Shown: positions 11,536-24,100 of the stretch, in pieces | How positions within the stretch are numbered: the stretch's first letter is position 1 | How the letters are laid out: each line of letters starts with the position of its first letter | Source: Pelomyxa schiedti | Taxonomy: Eukaryota; Protista; Evosea | Direction: 5' to 3' | DNA length: 57,376 nucleotides | NCBI GenBank assembly: GCA_020536535.1 | Contig: JAHLWZ010000120.1 | Coordinates: 1-57,376, forward strand | The notes under the pieces: model-generated | Database searches by the model: none | Told to the model about the DNA's origin: nothing | Seen by the model: the letters and a program-made list of their open reading frames with translations, nothing else | Program-made: the position numbers and the translations under genes

Positions 11536-12702
11536 TCAGAGGGTTGCGGAGGGTGTTGGTGTAGGAAGCTGAAGAAGCGCTGTTGCCATCAACGTGCCGG
11601 TCAGGACATCATGAACAGAGACTGAAATCTGTTCCTCTGAAGGCTGCTTCACTGTCGATTCAGAAGGGAAGACTGCTGTGGATGAAGAATCCATGTTTTC
11701 TGCGGGTTTGTGTTTATATTGGCACGAGGGGAGACACCACCATTCCGATGAAGCGCAATTGTAGACCTCACAAAGGGAATCATGTGTAAAGGCAGTGATG
11801 TGGGTACCTGGTGGAACCAGGGAAATCTCCCGGTACTTTTCTGAAGTGAATTCATGTGATTCCGCGGTCCTGGTGTTGTAAACTATGTAATCACGATCAC
11901 AATGGTGCAGAGTGAGGATCGTGTCTGGTGAAGCCCAAGCCAAGGCAAAAGGATTAGTGTGTGGCAGCAAAATACTCTTCCTGAGCCCAACAATGCCACC
12001 AGCTTCAATTCCCTTTGTCAGGTGAACAGATGAAAGTAGGCCCCAGGAGCTTCTGACGCCCACAAAAAATAGTTCATCACCACAAGGATCGAAGGGAGAG
12101 AACCTGGCACCATGGCCCTCCAGAGGGGCAGTGCATTTCACACGGAAACTGGGAGACACAGGGACACCGTTTGAGATATTCCACACAGTAAGCCTTCTAG
12201 CCCATTCCACGTTCTCAACCCTCACGACCCACTTTTTGTTGGTCACGTAAAACGCAGACGGGTCGGACTCAGGCGAGCCCAGATCAGAAACAGCGTTCCC
12301 GCTGCTGTCAACAATGCCTGAAGATCCCCAAAAGGAACCCGTTATGAACCTGTCGTCGCCAACGCACTCCTCGATGCATTCCATGAACCTCCCGGTCGTG
12401 AGTATGTTCATGTCCAGCCACTTGCACCATACCACACCCAGAGTCGCACTCACTCCCATGAACACGTGCGCGCGCACTCTCTCCCTTCCGCCCAGGTCCC
12501 AGTTCCAAACCGTAATTGTAATTGTGGTTCCAATCTGGCGGCAGCAGCCGACGACCCAGTCGCGGCCAAACATCTCGCACAGGGCGCGATTATGGGCCAG
12601 CGACCTCGCGGGGCTCTCTGCTCCGCACCTCTCGATCGACGCGCACGCAAACCCAACGAACTGTGACCGTGCGTCCAGCCCGACGTGGCTGGCTGCAATC
12701 AT
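11536..12702 (-). CDS. 'RCG-SP motif' family protein (C1), intronless, 388 aa
   Basis: ATG 12702; LDARSQFVGFACASIERCGAESPARSLAHNRALCEMFGRDWVVG; NKKWVV; FSPFDPCGDELFFV; SVHDVLTG. Confidence 0.85.
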   Translation of the reverse strand: MIAASHVGLDARSQFVGFACASIERCGAESPARSLAHNRALCEMFGRDWVVGCCRQIGTTITITVWNWDLGGRERVRAHVFMGVSATLGVVWCKWLDMNILTTGRFMECIEECVGDDRFITGSFWGSSGIVDSSGNAVSDLGSPESDPSAFYVTNKKWVVRVENVEWARRLTVWNISNGVPVSPSFRVKCTAPLEGHGARFSPFDPCGDELFFVGVRSSWGLLSSVHLTKGIEAGGIVGLRKSILLPHTNPFALAWASPDTILTLHHCDRDYIVYNTRTAESHEFTSEKYREISLVPPGTHITAFTHDSLCEVYNCASSEWWCLPSCQYKHKPAENMDSSSTAVFPSESTVKQPSEEQISVSVHDVLTGTLMATALLQLPTPTPSATL

Positions 12703-13071
12703 TGATTAATCCCGGGATTATGTGAATGTATCATTGATGACACTCTCTGTGGCACAGTCTCGGCGTGAGTAGGCGTTCATCCAGAGTCGAAACTTCAAAC
12801 CAAGCACGGTCTGAGCATTGTCAGCTCTGTCTGATGGGACTGATTTGTCTTCACAGAAAAATGGTGGGGAAGAAGCCGCTTTTAAAGACATTGACATGAC
12901 ATGACATTTTTCCCATTTGCGCAAATGTGCATCCACCATGTTCGAACCAGAATAAGAAAAAAAACCTGCGGCAAGGTGTGGCGAGATCTGGCAGCAGAAA
13001 GTACTACGACACACGACATCGGCCCCAGCAGCCTGCTCCCTTAGTTGCAAACACTTGTTCACATTCTCCCA

Positions 13072-13912
13072 ATGGAAAAAACATACGCTGGGTGGCCAGT
13101 CACGCTCATAGATCCGTACAACCTGTCCAACCAGCTCTACGTCGGTGGTGTTTTGCCTTTCTTTACCCCCAGAGATATCGAGCAAAGCCTCGAGGCGGGT
13201 GGTTTTCCGTACGTCCCCTTCTTCCTGCGAATATACGATTTAGCACTGTTTAATTGAGATTTCCACTATTAATGTGCCCTGCTTTCTGATTCAATAATGC
13301 ATTCACGACTTCTCCGTACAATTGGGGCCCCGAACTTGGCATCTGACGCCTCCTGTACTCCATGCCCTTTCCACGCACTGTAATCGGCCAGGGCAGCCCT
13401 CGCCGCAGGCATCACCCTCAACACCGCAACAACAACGCCAACACCAACCTCAGCATCGGCCTCAGTATCAGCATCAACAGCAGTACTACTTCCAACACCC
13501 CCAGCAGAATGCGTGGCAACAGTTCCACCAACAACCTTTTCAGCAACCTGGGTCCCAGGCCCCACAATACCAATTTGGCCCGTTTCAGCAACTGCCCCTG
13601 CCCAACCCCGCAGATCCCATATTGTCTGCTCCGAGGAGCTATTTTGCTTGCTGGGCAGAGGCATACAGGAAGATGGGGGCAGATGAGGAGCGGAGCAAGT
13701 GGACCAACAAGGCTCACGGAGGTGGCAAGCAGAGTGAGGCCGATGATATTCAGGCGACTTACGGCCCTTTCCGCGCAGCAGTTGCTGAGGAGGTAGACGA
13801 TTCCCATGTGGAGCCGGCACCCACAAGTTCACCACTCTCAGAAACATCCGCATCCACTCCCACTCCCACTCCCACAACACTTTCTATTTCATGTTGGGGC
13901 CTTATTACATAA
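13072..13912 (+). CDS. hypothetical Gln/Pro-rich protein, probably spliced
   Basis: MEKTYAGWPVTLIDPYNLSNQLY with a candidate intron, then a Q-rich ORF (QQQRQHQPQHRPQYQHQQQYYFQ...). Exon joins uncertain. Confidence 0.35.
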
Positions 13913-13941
13913 CCCCACTTTCTGAGAATAATTTCTTGTTG

Positions 13942-15171
13942 ATGACAGCAACCTACCGGCCAACAATTCGGGCAGCGATTGATGCACGATCGCAGTTCAT
14001 TGCGTTCGCGTGCGCGTCGAATGGCAGGTGCGGAGTGCACAGCCCCGCGAAGACACTGGCGGACAGTCCCCTGGTCTGCTCCGAGTTTGGCCGGGACTGG
14101 GTCGCCGGGTGCTGCCGCCGCATCGGGAGCACGCTCGCGTTTCTCGTGGGCCAGGTCAGTGCGGTCGTCCACGTGTTCATCGGCGTGAGCTCGACCGCGG
14201 GCGTTGTGTGGTGCAACGCGGTGAGCGGCTCCGCGCTGCATGCTCGGCTTGGCGAGGGGCATTGGTCCGTCGAGGGGTGCGTGTGCGACGACAAGTTCGT
14301 GGTGGACGGCCAGTGGGACGCCCCTTGCGTGGTCGACGGCGCGGGGAATTTGGTGGCCCGGCTCGTCCACACGCCCGACAATTATGATCCATTCTCGGCA
14401 TGGGCGAGCAACGGGAAGTGGCTTGTCGATGTCGAGGAGGATGCTGAGGAGAGGCTGTATGTGCGGAGGGTTCTCAAGGGAGTGCCAGTTGGCGACTACG
14501 TTTGTCTTAGATGGACGGCCCCGATTGCGGGCCTGTTTCCCAGATTCTCACCATTCAATCCTTGTGGTGATGAGCTTGTTTTGGTTGGGGGAACTAAGAA
14601 GAAGAACGAGGAGAGGAATATGGGTGGTGATGCATTCGTATCACCTCCTGGACTCATGGTGTTTGTTGACCTTGAGAAAAGCTTTGTATCTGGGGTCATT
14701 GTGGAAACCAAGAGGCTCCCACTCACACAGCACACTCCTGTGGGATTGATGTGGTCCTCACCCGACACCATCCTCACATTGCATTTTGCGAATCGTGAGT
14801 ACGAAGTATACAGCACAACCGCCGGCCAACTGAGGCACTTCCCTGGGAATAATTACCAGCGCGCTGAGATACTTCCAAAAGAACATGTCGCTACCTTTTT
14901 ACTGACTGGTGCCCCTTCTCAAACCAAGAGGGAAACGGTTCAGCTTTCACCTCCCTCGTCATCATCCCTGTGTGTTTGTGAGGTCTATTCCCCAAATAAC
15001 TTCTGTAAGCCATTGTGCTGTTATGAGAGGCCACTTCTTGGATTGCCATGCTCATCTGCAAGTATCTACTGCCTCAAAATGGTGAGTGATAATCCAGAAC
15101 AGATTGTGGCTTCAATAAATGATGCCTCAATGGGGATATGTCTTGCAATCCTGACAATAAACCACCTGTGA
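13942..15171 (+). CDS. 'RCG-SP motif' family protein (D1), intronless
   Basis: MTATYRPTIRAAIDARSQFIAFACASNGRCGVHSPAKTLADSPLVCSEFGRDWVAG; NGKWLV; MVFVDLEKSFVSGVIVETKRLPL. Close paralog of 43832 and 45396. Confidence 0.85.
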   Translation: MTATYRPTIRAAIDARSQFIAFACASNGRCGVHSPAKTLADSPLVCSEFGRDWVAGCCRRIGSTLAFLVGQVSAVVHVFIGVSSTAGVVWCNAVSGSALHARLGEGHWSVEGCVCDDKFVVDGQWDAPCVVDGAGNLVARLVHTPDNYDPFSAWASNGKWLVDVEEDAEERLYVRRVLKGVPVGDYVCLRWTAPIAGLFPRFSPFNPCGDELVLVGGTKKKNEERNMGGDAFVSPPGLMVFVDLEKSFVSGVIVETKRLPLTQHTPVGLMWSSPDTILTLHFANREYEVYSTTAGQLRHFPGNNYQRAEILPKEHVATFLLTGAPSQTKRETVQLSPPSSSSLCVCEVYSPNNFCKPLCCYERPLLGLPCSSASIYCLKMVSDNPEQIVASINDASMGICLAILTINHL

Positions 15172-15435
15172 ACTAATTTTTAAAGCAGAAAAAAGTTTTC
15201 TGGTACAAATATTTTCAGACCCCACAGTATTTTTTTGATTACAATGGATGATGTTCAACGTGGTGGAGGGATGCTGGCACTACCAGTTCCAGATAGGTTG
15301 CAGGATTTATTGTTTAAAGTGGACAACATCTCCAACCAAAGCAAACACTTTTTTTTTTTTTGGAAAATGAGGGGTCCTCTATCTGAAACAGTATCTCTTT
15401 TGTTTTTTATCACAAGAGATGATGGTGCTACCCAC

Positions 15436-17856
15436 TTAAAGTTTTCTTTTGGTTGAAGTTGGATTGTGAAACATACAGTACAGGTTTCCATTAGCACTCA
15501 CAGCAGAACGCATACTGAGGGTGCAACTGCACGTGTCACCTGTTTCATTTATTGTGTTAGTGTTGGTTGGCATTTTAAAATTGGATGGGCATACATTTGA
15601 AGCACTCTCTGTGATAAAGCCTTCCATTAAACGCTTGTGTGTTCATGTTTCCGTTCCACACCTCTGAGTGACACCTTGGACATGAGTCCCCATAGAGCGT
15701 GTCACTCACCCCCAATTTCGACGACTTTGTTTTGGCTGTTAATCTGGGTGGGTTCCCTTTTGGTGCGGCACTTGACTGACTCTTCACTTGGCGCCTAGGC
15801 TGCGCCACCTCTGGTGGCTCTTGGTCTTCCTCCTGATCTGATGCATCTGGCTCGCCCTCCACATTCCAGTCTTCCAACCCCACCTCACTGGAAGGAGATG
15901 CTTCCTCATCAGCAGCTGCCTCATCGTCATCATCATTGCAAGCCCCTGGGGAGGCTGCGTTTCTGCCACACGAGGAAGTTGTGGATGTAGTAGTAGTAGT
16001 AGTAGTAGTAGGGCTCGCTGCCGCCGTTGTTGCCGAGGCCGATGCTGATGATGTAGTGGTGGTGGCTGTGCTTGCACGTTGGTTCGCATTGTCAACGAGT
16101 TTGCGGATTTTTCCAACCAGCTTGTTGATGTTGTCCTTGCTCGGCGGGGTGGATATCTCAAGCCTGCTTGCGATGCTATCTAGTAGCCCAAACAGGGCGG
16201 TTCCTTCTTGGCGCCGCAGTATTACCTCTTCCGCCTCTTGCATGAGCCTGTATGTGCTGACCACGTCGTCACTTGATGGACCGGTGTGTGGCTCCAGCAG
16301 GAGAACCTTCACTCTTTGAGGGATGAAGAGGTGGTCCTGTAGGACTGCTAAATCTAGCGGGATTTGGCGAAGGCGGCAGATCATCCAGTTGGAGACTTTC
16401 ATGAATTGCTCCTTTGTCTTCCAAACAGCGTAGACGAACATGTACAGGTCGTAGGGGTGCACCTTCTGACGATTGTGGGCATGTGCAATGACTTGGGCCA
16501 TGCAGCCGAGCTTCACCCGCCTGCGGTCAGTGAGCAGAGAACCGCCGTGAGTTTCTGTAGTTTCATCCACTTGGTGCTTCTCTTGCTCAAGTCTAACAAC
16601 AAACTTATCAAAGTCAAAAAGAAGTGGTTGCAGCTCTTCCGGGAACGGGTCGGGGATAGCTTCCTTGGCCGCCTTGGCAAAGTCTCTCACAAAGGGGAAG
16701 TCCATTCTAGGTTCAGGGAAGTCTGCTGGTGGACTCTTGTGAAAGTTGTACAGCATACGCTTGTCGGATATCCCATCAACAAATACTCGCAGGAGAAATC
16801 TATCAAGGAGGGCTCCTTGGCTCGACTCCAGCGGAATCTCATTGCTCGCAGAGAAGACGGTGTGTAAACAGGATGGAACCATTTTCTCACCGTCATTGAA
16901 CTGATCCTTGTTCAGGATTGAAAGCAGAACTGTGAGGGTCGATAGAGGTGCCTTGAATATCTCATCCAAGAAAGCCGTCACGCAATTATCCGCGCAAATG
17001 TGGTTCTTTCTGTCGCGTATAACTTTCTTGTCTCTGTTCAGCACCACAAGGTCAACGGGTCCCACAATATCATCCATGAAGGTTCCAGCGTGCAGTGTGA
17101 GTTCAAAAAATGTGTTCGGTTCTATGTTGCACCCGTACCGCAGCATTGTGCGTGCCATCATGCTCTTGGCCGTACCTGGCGGGCCAAGCAATAGACAGTG
17201 CTCGCCCATCAAGAGTGCAACCAATCCAACAATTGTCGCCTCTTCCCTCTCGATGCAGCTAAGTGCCACCCCTTCCATGAATCTTTTCAGCTTCACGTAC
17301 ACTGGCGACGCCAATGCCATGCTCGATGAAGGTGATGATGTAGCAGTTGTTGCCGCCGTCGTTTGGGTGGCGCCTGGAGCAAGTACTGGTGAAGGTGTCA
17401 CCGGCGTTTGTGATGCTGGGGGGCTTGGAATTGGAGTCGGCGCACCGGTAGCTGGTGCCGTCGCCGTAGCCAATGCTAATGAACTCGATGTTGCTTGTGG
17501 TGGCGGCGTCGTGGTGGGTGCTGCAACATTGCAGCCCACTGCCGTCCCTTGGCGAGCTGGCGGAGTGTCGAAGACTGGTGGCGAAAGCACTTCCTTCGGA
17601 GGCGTTAAGTTCCCTCAAGCGTAAAAACTCGTTTGGTGGTTGGAAAAAACGAAAAGGAACTTGGGGGGGAAAAAAAAAACAAAACACAGAAATTTCAGCC
17701 ACAACTAACCGTTGGTGGTGAACGCACATTCTCGTCACTATGGTAAGGGGGAGCCTGAGTGTGTGGCTGTGCCGTCGCTGTGGCATTTCCCCTTGGCTTT
17801 GTTGAGTCCGGCCCACCCTTGGCGCCTCCTCCTCGTCGTCCTTTGTTGCGCCCCAT
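15436..17856 (-). CDS. RavA-like MoxR-family AAA+ ATPase with C-terminal LIM domain (~740 aa, 3 exons)
   Basis: Exons 17856-17728, 17593-15595 and 15539-15436. Walker A GPPGTAKS, Walker B FLDEIFKA, sensor ASNE, Arg finger ALLDRFLLR, TDRR. Splicing the 55-nt intron gives CPRC-x19-H-RE-C-FK-C-DT-C-x17-C-MF-H, a canonical LIM. Confidence 0.88.
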
Positions 17857-18155
17857 GAATGTGTGTTCACAACTTTCTTCGAGCTTTTTCGTGCACTTTT
17901 TTGTGTGTTTCTGCTTTTTTTCCTTTCCTTAAAAGGGGGCAGGAACTTAATACCGCAGCCGCCCCCAACTTACCAACAAGCAGCCAACGCGAGCGAGTTG
18001 GAGTCCACGCAAGTTCCTTTTTATTGTACTTAGATGCGTGTCTTCTCTTTTTTTGTTGGCTGGTTATTAAAACTAAAGTCGTAGTTTGAGCGAGGCGTCT
18101 CTCTCTTGACATTCAGTTTTTTTTTTGTCGCCCTCACTCTTACGGTGAAGAGTTT

Positions 18156-21100
18156 ATGGCAACTTCCCAGGCTACTGCCACCGCAACGTCGTTGGCTAGG
18201 GATGTTGTTGCCTCTCTTCCAGTTGCCGACCTTGTAGAGGCGTATGTTGTCCTTTCTTCTTTGGTTTGTTCGTGCTTTGTTTTTGTTTTTGTTTTTGTTT
18301 TTGTTTTTGTTTTTGTTTTTGTGTTTTTTTAACCCTATTTCAAGATTTGAGCAGCAGGTAAACAATGCACTCTCTAAGGTTCGACACTCTTTCCAAAGAA
18401 TAGTGTCGGGCACAGGCGTAAAGGGCACCAAAACCACAATTGGTTGCACCTTACAGTTCGATGTGAAATCCGTTGAAGCGTTGCTTCAAATCCTCCCGTC
18501 AATACTGGGCTCATTCCAAGTTACGCTGCCTTCTGATGTATGGCTTAGCTGTATTGAGAGCACTGAAATTGAGTGCCACTGTAAATGGGATTTGAAGGCT
18601 GCTACTCCAATCACGCAGAATTCGGGCACTACTGCCGCACTTATTGCACAGAAGCTCATGCCCGCTTCCATTGAGATCAAAATTGAGCGTTGCATTGTCA
18701 TAGCACTCAAGGAACACAAGTGGAAGTTTTCTGTTTCCAGCAAGTCAGTTGAAACTGTATTTCGTTGTCTGAAGAAACTCCTGTCCACCGCTATCGAAAT
18801 TCCGCCAGAGCTTTTGGAGTTACGGTTTCTTCAGCCCTTGCTCAGCAAAATAAATTTGGAAATTGCTGGCATATTTGGGGAGCCGAAGTCTATCAAAGTA
18901 AATATGAAAGAAAAAGTTGTCTCTCTTTCCTTGCTGAGGAAACCCTCCTGGGCATGGGATATTTGTATTGAAAAGAAATCTGTTTCCCAGGCACTCGAAA
19001 AGTTGGGGAGTCTGGGTATCAGTTTACCAAATTGTTCCTTTCTCGATTCCGTTCTTGACAACCTCAAAGTCACGGTTCATGCGGGCTACAGTTCTGGCTC
19101 TATTGTTCTCAAAAATCTGCACCTCCAGGATAATGAGGGAACTATATCTATTGGTGGGAAAAAGCCTTCTACAAGCAGTTGGGAGTGGACTGTCACTTGC
19201 GATAGCAAACCGGCAATTGCAGCTCTCAAGCTATTGACCCAAGTTCTCCCCATCAGAATACCGATCCCCACTTGCTTTGATGACTTGCTTGCCAAGTTGC
19301 AACTAAGCTTCAATGGAATCTTGGCTGGTGAAAAACCCTTCACAGTGAAAACTTTGAACATGTGGAATACCGAAAAAATTCTCGCCATCAGCTTGGAGAA
19401 AAACTTTGAGTGGAACATCGCAATTGACAGGAAGCCTGCAGACCAGGCGCTTAAGCTGCTTTCGGATATCGTGAAAGCTCTTCCAGGCAGTCCATGCTTG
19501 CCAGACACATCTTTCCTTGACCCGCTTCTCAGTAACCTTGAAATCACGTTCCATGCCACCGTCGGCATCAGCAAGTTTAAGTTCTCCCTGCAGCTGCAAG
19601 ATAGCGAACGTATTTTATCTGTGAGCTTGCAGAGCGAATCAAGGGTATGGGAAATTGCGATATGCGACAAGCCTTTGCAGAAGGCCTTAAACTTGATCAA
19701 CAAGATATTTACAAGTTTCCCGGACCTGCACTTTCTGGACCCTCTCACCAGCAAGTTGCAGCTGGGCTTTCGTGCCATAATTGGGTCTGGTCAACCATTC
19801 AGCATCAAAACACTTCAACTGCAAGATCCCGAAAAGATTCTAGACGTTTGTCTGCCGCATGGTGCCGACTCCTGGTCCTTTTCCATTCAAGAAAAACCTG
19901 CAGAGAAGGCTTTCCTGATGCTAAGGTCTTTCACATCTTCGTTTTTACCATTGCAAATGGAGTCCCTTCAATTCATGGACGCATTTCTCTCGCACTTAAC
20001 AGTAAGCCTGCATGCAAGACCACCTAAGTTCACAATTTCCCACTTTGAACTTTGCTTCATAGCCGGAAAATTCAAGGTCAGGACCCCACCCCACAATTAT
20101 CTGAAACTTCTAAACTTATTTATTCTTCACATAGGCACTGATTACGTACAAGGAGGGTGAATGGATATTCAAAACAGAGAAGTTCACCCTGCAGGATGTT
20201 ATTCAGGCAACGGAAGTTATACCGGGCCTCACCACTGCCCTGTCACCCATTCGAACCAAAATTGGAGATTGTGAGTTCTTGTCCAAGATCGTTTCCAGTT
20301 TCGTTGTCTCTGCTGAAGTTAGACTGTACCCTAATTTCGAGGTGTGCCGCTTTGAGGCCACCTACGAAAGCTTGCTTCTCCTTGGAATGGAACTTACAGT
20401 TTGCTGCCGGTTTCAGGACCAAAGATTCACCATAACGTGCAGCTCGAAGCGGCCTGTAAGCCTGGCCGAAATACTTTCCAGCTTTGGCATCGATTGCAGT
20501 GAAGTACCAGGACTCGGCGGCGCTTTGAAAGGCATTCAGCTCCAGGTTGTTGAAGCTACATTAGGCGTGAAGCCTACGTCTATATTCGTCAACCTTGCAG
20601 TTTCAGCTGGCAGCGCCAACGCTTTTGTATACGTTTTCAAAGAGGGTGAGCACAGTGTCTTGAGTGCCAAGCTGAACCCTCACTCCAAGGATTTGTTTGA
20701 CCTTAAGGGTATGATAGGCGTAGAAGTCATCGAGCTGGGAGTCGTGTATGTTTCCAACAACTTTGATGCCGAGTCGACACCCCAGTGTCTTATTCCTACG
20801 GTCAAGGATTCGGCGCACGGATTTTCACTTAGTGGCAAGTTGCAACTGTTTGGTTGGCTCCCAGAAACGCTGCACTTTGCTGGCCGGCAGTTTGACTTTG
20901 TGTACTCCCTCGAGAAAAATAAAATTTCGATCAGCATGCCTTCTATTCCCAATGCTACCCTGAACCTATCTCTTTCTACCAAAAGCGTTGACATGAAGTG
21001 GAAAACAGATATCGCTGGTCTTTCCATGGATATGTCCATTGGGGCAAGTCTTTCAGACATGAGGGTCATGGCGTCTCTCTGCCTAAATGGGCCTATTTCT

Positions 21101-24100
21101 TTTCCTGCAGGATTGCCAATATTGAGTAATTTGCAGATTAACTCGCTGAAAGGTTCGATGGCTGTTTCTCCTTCAGAGTTCTCCGGCAGTTTTGGAGCGT
21201 CCCTGTCCATTAAAGGCTGTGACCCCACACCCAAACTTGAAGCTTGCATATGCTTGACCTCTGCAGAACCTCACATCCGTGAGATTTACTTCGATGCAAC
21301 CAATCTGAGCTTCAGTTCTATTTTCAGGGCGGTTGGACTGCGACCTGAAGCAATCTCCTGGATGGATAAAATCTTCTCGATTTATAAGCTTGCAATGCTC
21401 ATAAAAATAGCAACTGGAAGCTCTTGCATGCCCCCAGATATGATCACAAACGAGAAAATACGCGACTTTGTCGCCCCACCCAGAGGTCAAGGGACAGTTT
21501 TTGTATTTGAATGTCATGTCAATTTACTTGGTGTGAAGCCGTACTTGTTTGCTGCAGCAGATATTGGCCCAGAGCTGCGTCTCAAAATCGAAGTTTCCGT
21601 GCCAGCATTTGAGGTGAAAATCAAGTCGTTCACATTGCTGACCCTGAATGGAGGGAACCCTTCAGCACCACTGACAGGAAATTTCGACCTTGATACCGCA
21701 ACGAAGACGCTGACGGGTGACTTCAAGGGCTCCCTCAGCATTCTCAGTTGTATGAACATCGCCTGTACAATGAACTTAAAAAAGTCTGGAGAGAAGAGGA
21801 CAAGGATGGATCTTCACGTGCTGATAAACTTGCTGGGCATTTCACTTGAAGGAAGCTGCTTCGTGCTTCTGGAGACTCCTTCCTTTCCCCTGAGTCTTTC
21901 ACCTGTGCCTTTTCCGAAATCAGCCAAACTGGATCTTCGCATGACAAGTAAAGGAGGAGTCCTTGGCACTCTCATAAAGTCCCTCTCAGACGCCGTCCAC
22001 GGATTTGTGGAAACGCTCACTAATGCAATAAACGAGATCACTAACAAAATTGAAAGAGAGAGCGAAGGGAAGTGGTGGGCTCCGTTCGCTAAAGTTGCAA
22101 CAGCATTACTGAAGGTTGCAAACTTTTTACTGGAAAAGGCTCAACAGGCTCTCGATTTTGTTGCTTCAGTTGCCAGGTGGATCGCTTCTAAAGGACTCGA
22201 CATCAATTACTTTTCAATTGGAGGGGAAGTTGGTGGTGAGGACGGAGTCGAGTTCTACGTCTTTATTGAGTGCAAAGTCTTTGGGATATCCTTAAAAGGA
22301 GGGGTTCATCTCAGGCTGGCGAGCTGGCTTAAAGATCTCTGTAAAAAGATTGCTCAAATGATTTGCAATGGAAGAGCTGGTGGTGGGGAACATGGCAATC
22401 AGCTGGGTGATTATTATGAAGGTGAAGATGATGAGGATGAATCGGGGAAAAGATACTTCCGCAACCGTTGCCCGGGGACTGGGACCAAAACTGAAGATGT
22501 GGTACTGGATGGTTTTAATGTGCATTGTACGGGAGGTGAGTCGAAATTTACCAAGCTGCAGGAGGCAAAAGACAAACTTGAGAAGCAGCTCTCTGACCCG
22601 AGTAGCAACCTCAATATGGAGCCTCCAGAAGATAACCCCAACTCAGAACCACCCCCCAGCAATAATAACAATAAGGACTCTCCTCGCAATGATCAGAAAC
22701 CACCACCACCACCCAAACCCAATACCAACTCTTCACCCCCCACCAAGCAGGAAAGACAACAGTCATTCCAATGCCAGGACCCATTTACTCACTGCGGTGT
22801 ATGGGGAGAAATGGGAGGTGACCCATTCAACTATGAGGGAAGTCCTTTGGGGGAAAGGGAGCCAGTAATAATGCCCCTGCCCAAAGAGTGCAAGCACTGC
22901 CACAAGCCCTTTAATGAGCAAACAACCACCTCAGCCGATGTTGACCGTCACAACAATTTTGAATGCGAGCAATACCCTCTGAAATGCATATATTGCAAGA
23001 AAGAGATTCCCCTGATACCACCTGGAACTACCGCACAACGGATGACAGCTCATCTGAAGCAATGCAACAACGCGGAGATTGCATGCCCATACTGCTTCAA
23101 GTCGTTCCCGAAATTAGTCTTTAATCAGCACGTGAGGGGATGCCAGCCTCTAAATTGCCCTGCAGCTGGCTGTCGCAGGAAGCTCCAAGGCTGTTGCCAC
23201 AAATGGAAAGCCTGTCCCTTGTGCAAAGGTCCATTCCAAGATTCAATTCAGACCCACCTTAGGACCCAGTGTAAATCGTTGACGATGTGCTGCCCAAACG
23301 AGTGCGGCGAAACTGGCCTCTGCAGGCGTGATCTGGAGACACACTTCCAGGAATGCAACAAAGCGAAGTGGATGTGCAGTCACTGCAGGGAATGGATCCC
23401 CTGGGTGGAATTCCCAACTCATGTTGCCAACTGTGGGGAATGGCCATGTCTGTTTTGCGGTGAGCTGACCAATTTAACTCCCTCCGAGTATGCTAGGCAT
23501 CTTGCAGAGTGTGGAGAATATAAGCGCCCATGCCCTTATTGCAGAAAAAATCTGCGCCCACGTGAACAGACTCAGCACTTGATTTGGAAGTGTATGGGGT
23601 TTAAGATAAAGTGCATTGCCGGTTGTGGCAGGTTGCTACCTGCATGCAAAATACCTGTGCACCTCAGGGACCAGTGCCAAGCCGTCCATGTAAACTGCCC
23701 AATACTGGGGTGCTCTTTAGCTTACCCACGCTCATACGAATCACAGCACCTTGGTAATGACTGCAAGTACTTCACGCATACTTGTTGCTTCAGTGGTCGG
23801 TGCTTCGAGTATTACAGGCGGCAAGAAGAGCGTGATCACTGGCAGAAGCACCACTTGCACAAACAACTTAGTGAAGTCACGGAACCAGACTGTACAGAGA
23901 ACTTGACACCAGGCAGCAATCTACGCCTGTTTTTACCAACTGACCTTCTCTACCTTGTCGATCCTCAACAAGTGCTGCATACTTACACCGAGATGCTGTA
24001 TGCAACCAACCAGGTGCTCCAGAGAAAAGAGAAGGAGTACATGAAGAAGTGCCGCTTCTGCTCACAAAACATGCGCGCGGTGTTCTTCCCGATTCATCGC

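Noticed and set aside
12718-13185. 155-aa minus-strand ORF upstream of C1
   Set aside because: No ATG start, no recognisable motif, and it overlaps better-supported plus-strand exons.
16908-17624. 238-aa plus-strand ORF and other long ORFs antisense to real genes (e.g. 9322-10029, 24062-24979, 25610-26299, 19086-19778)
   Set aside because: Antisense shadows of GC-rich coding sequence with no independent motifs.
18030-18449. ORF with KNKNKNKN repeat
   Set aside because: Translation of the intronic (TTTTTG)n microsatellite on the opposite strand.
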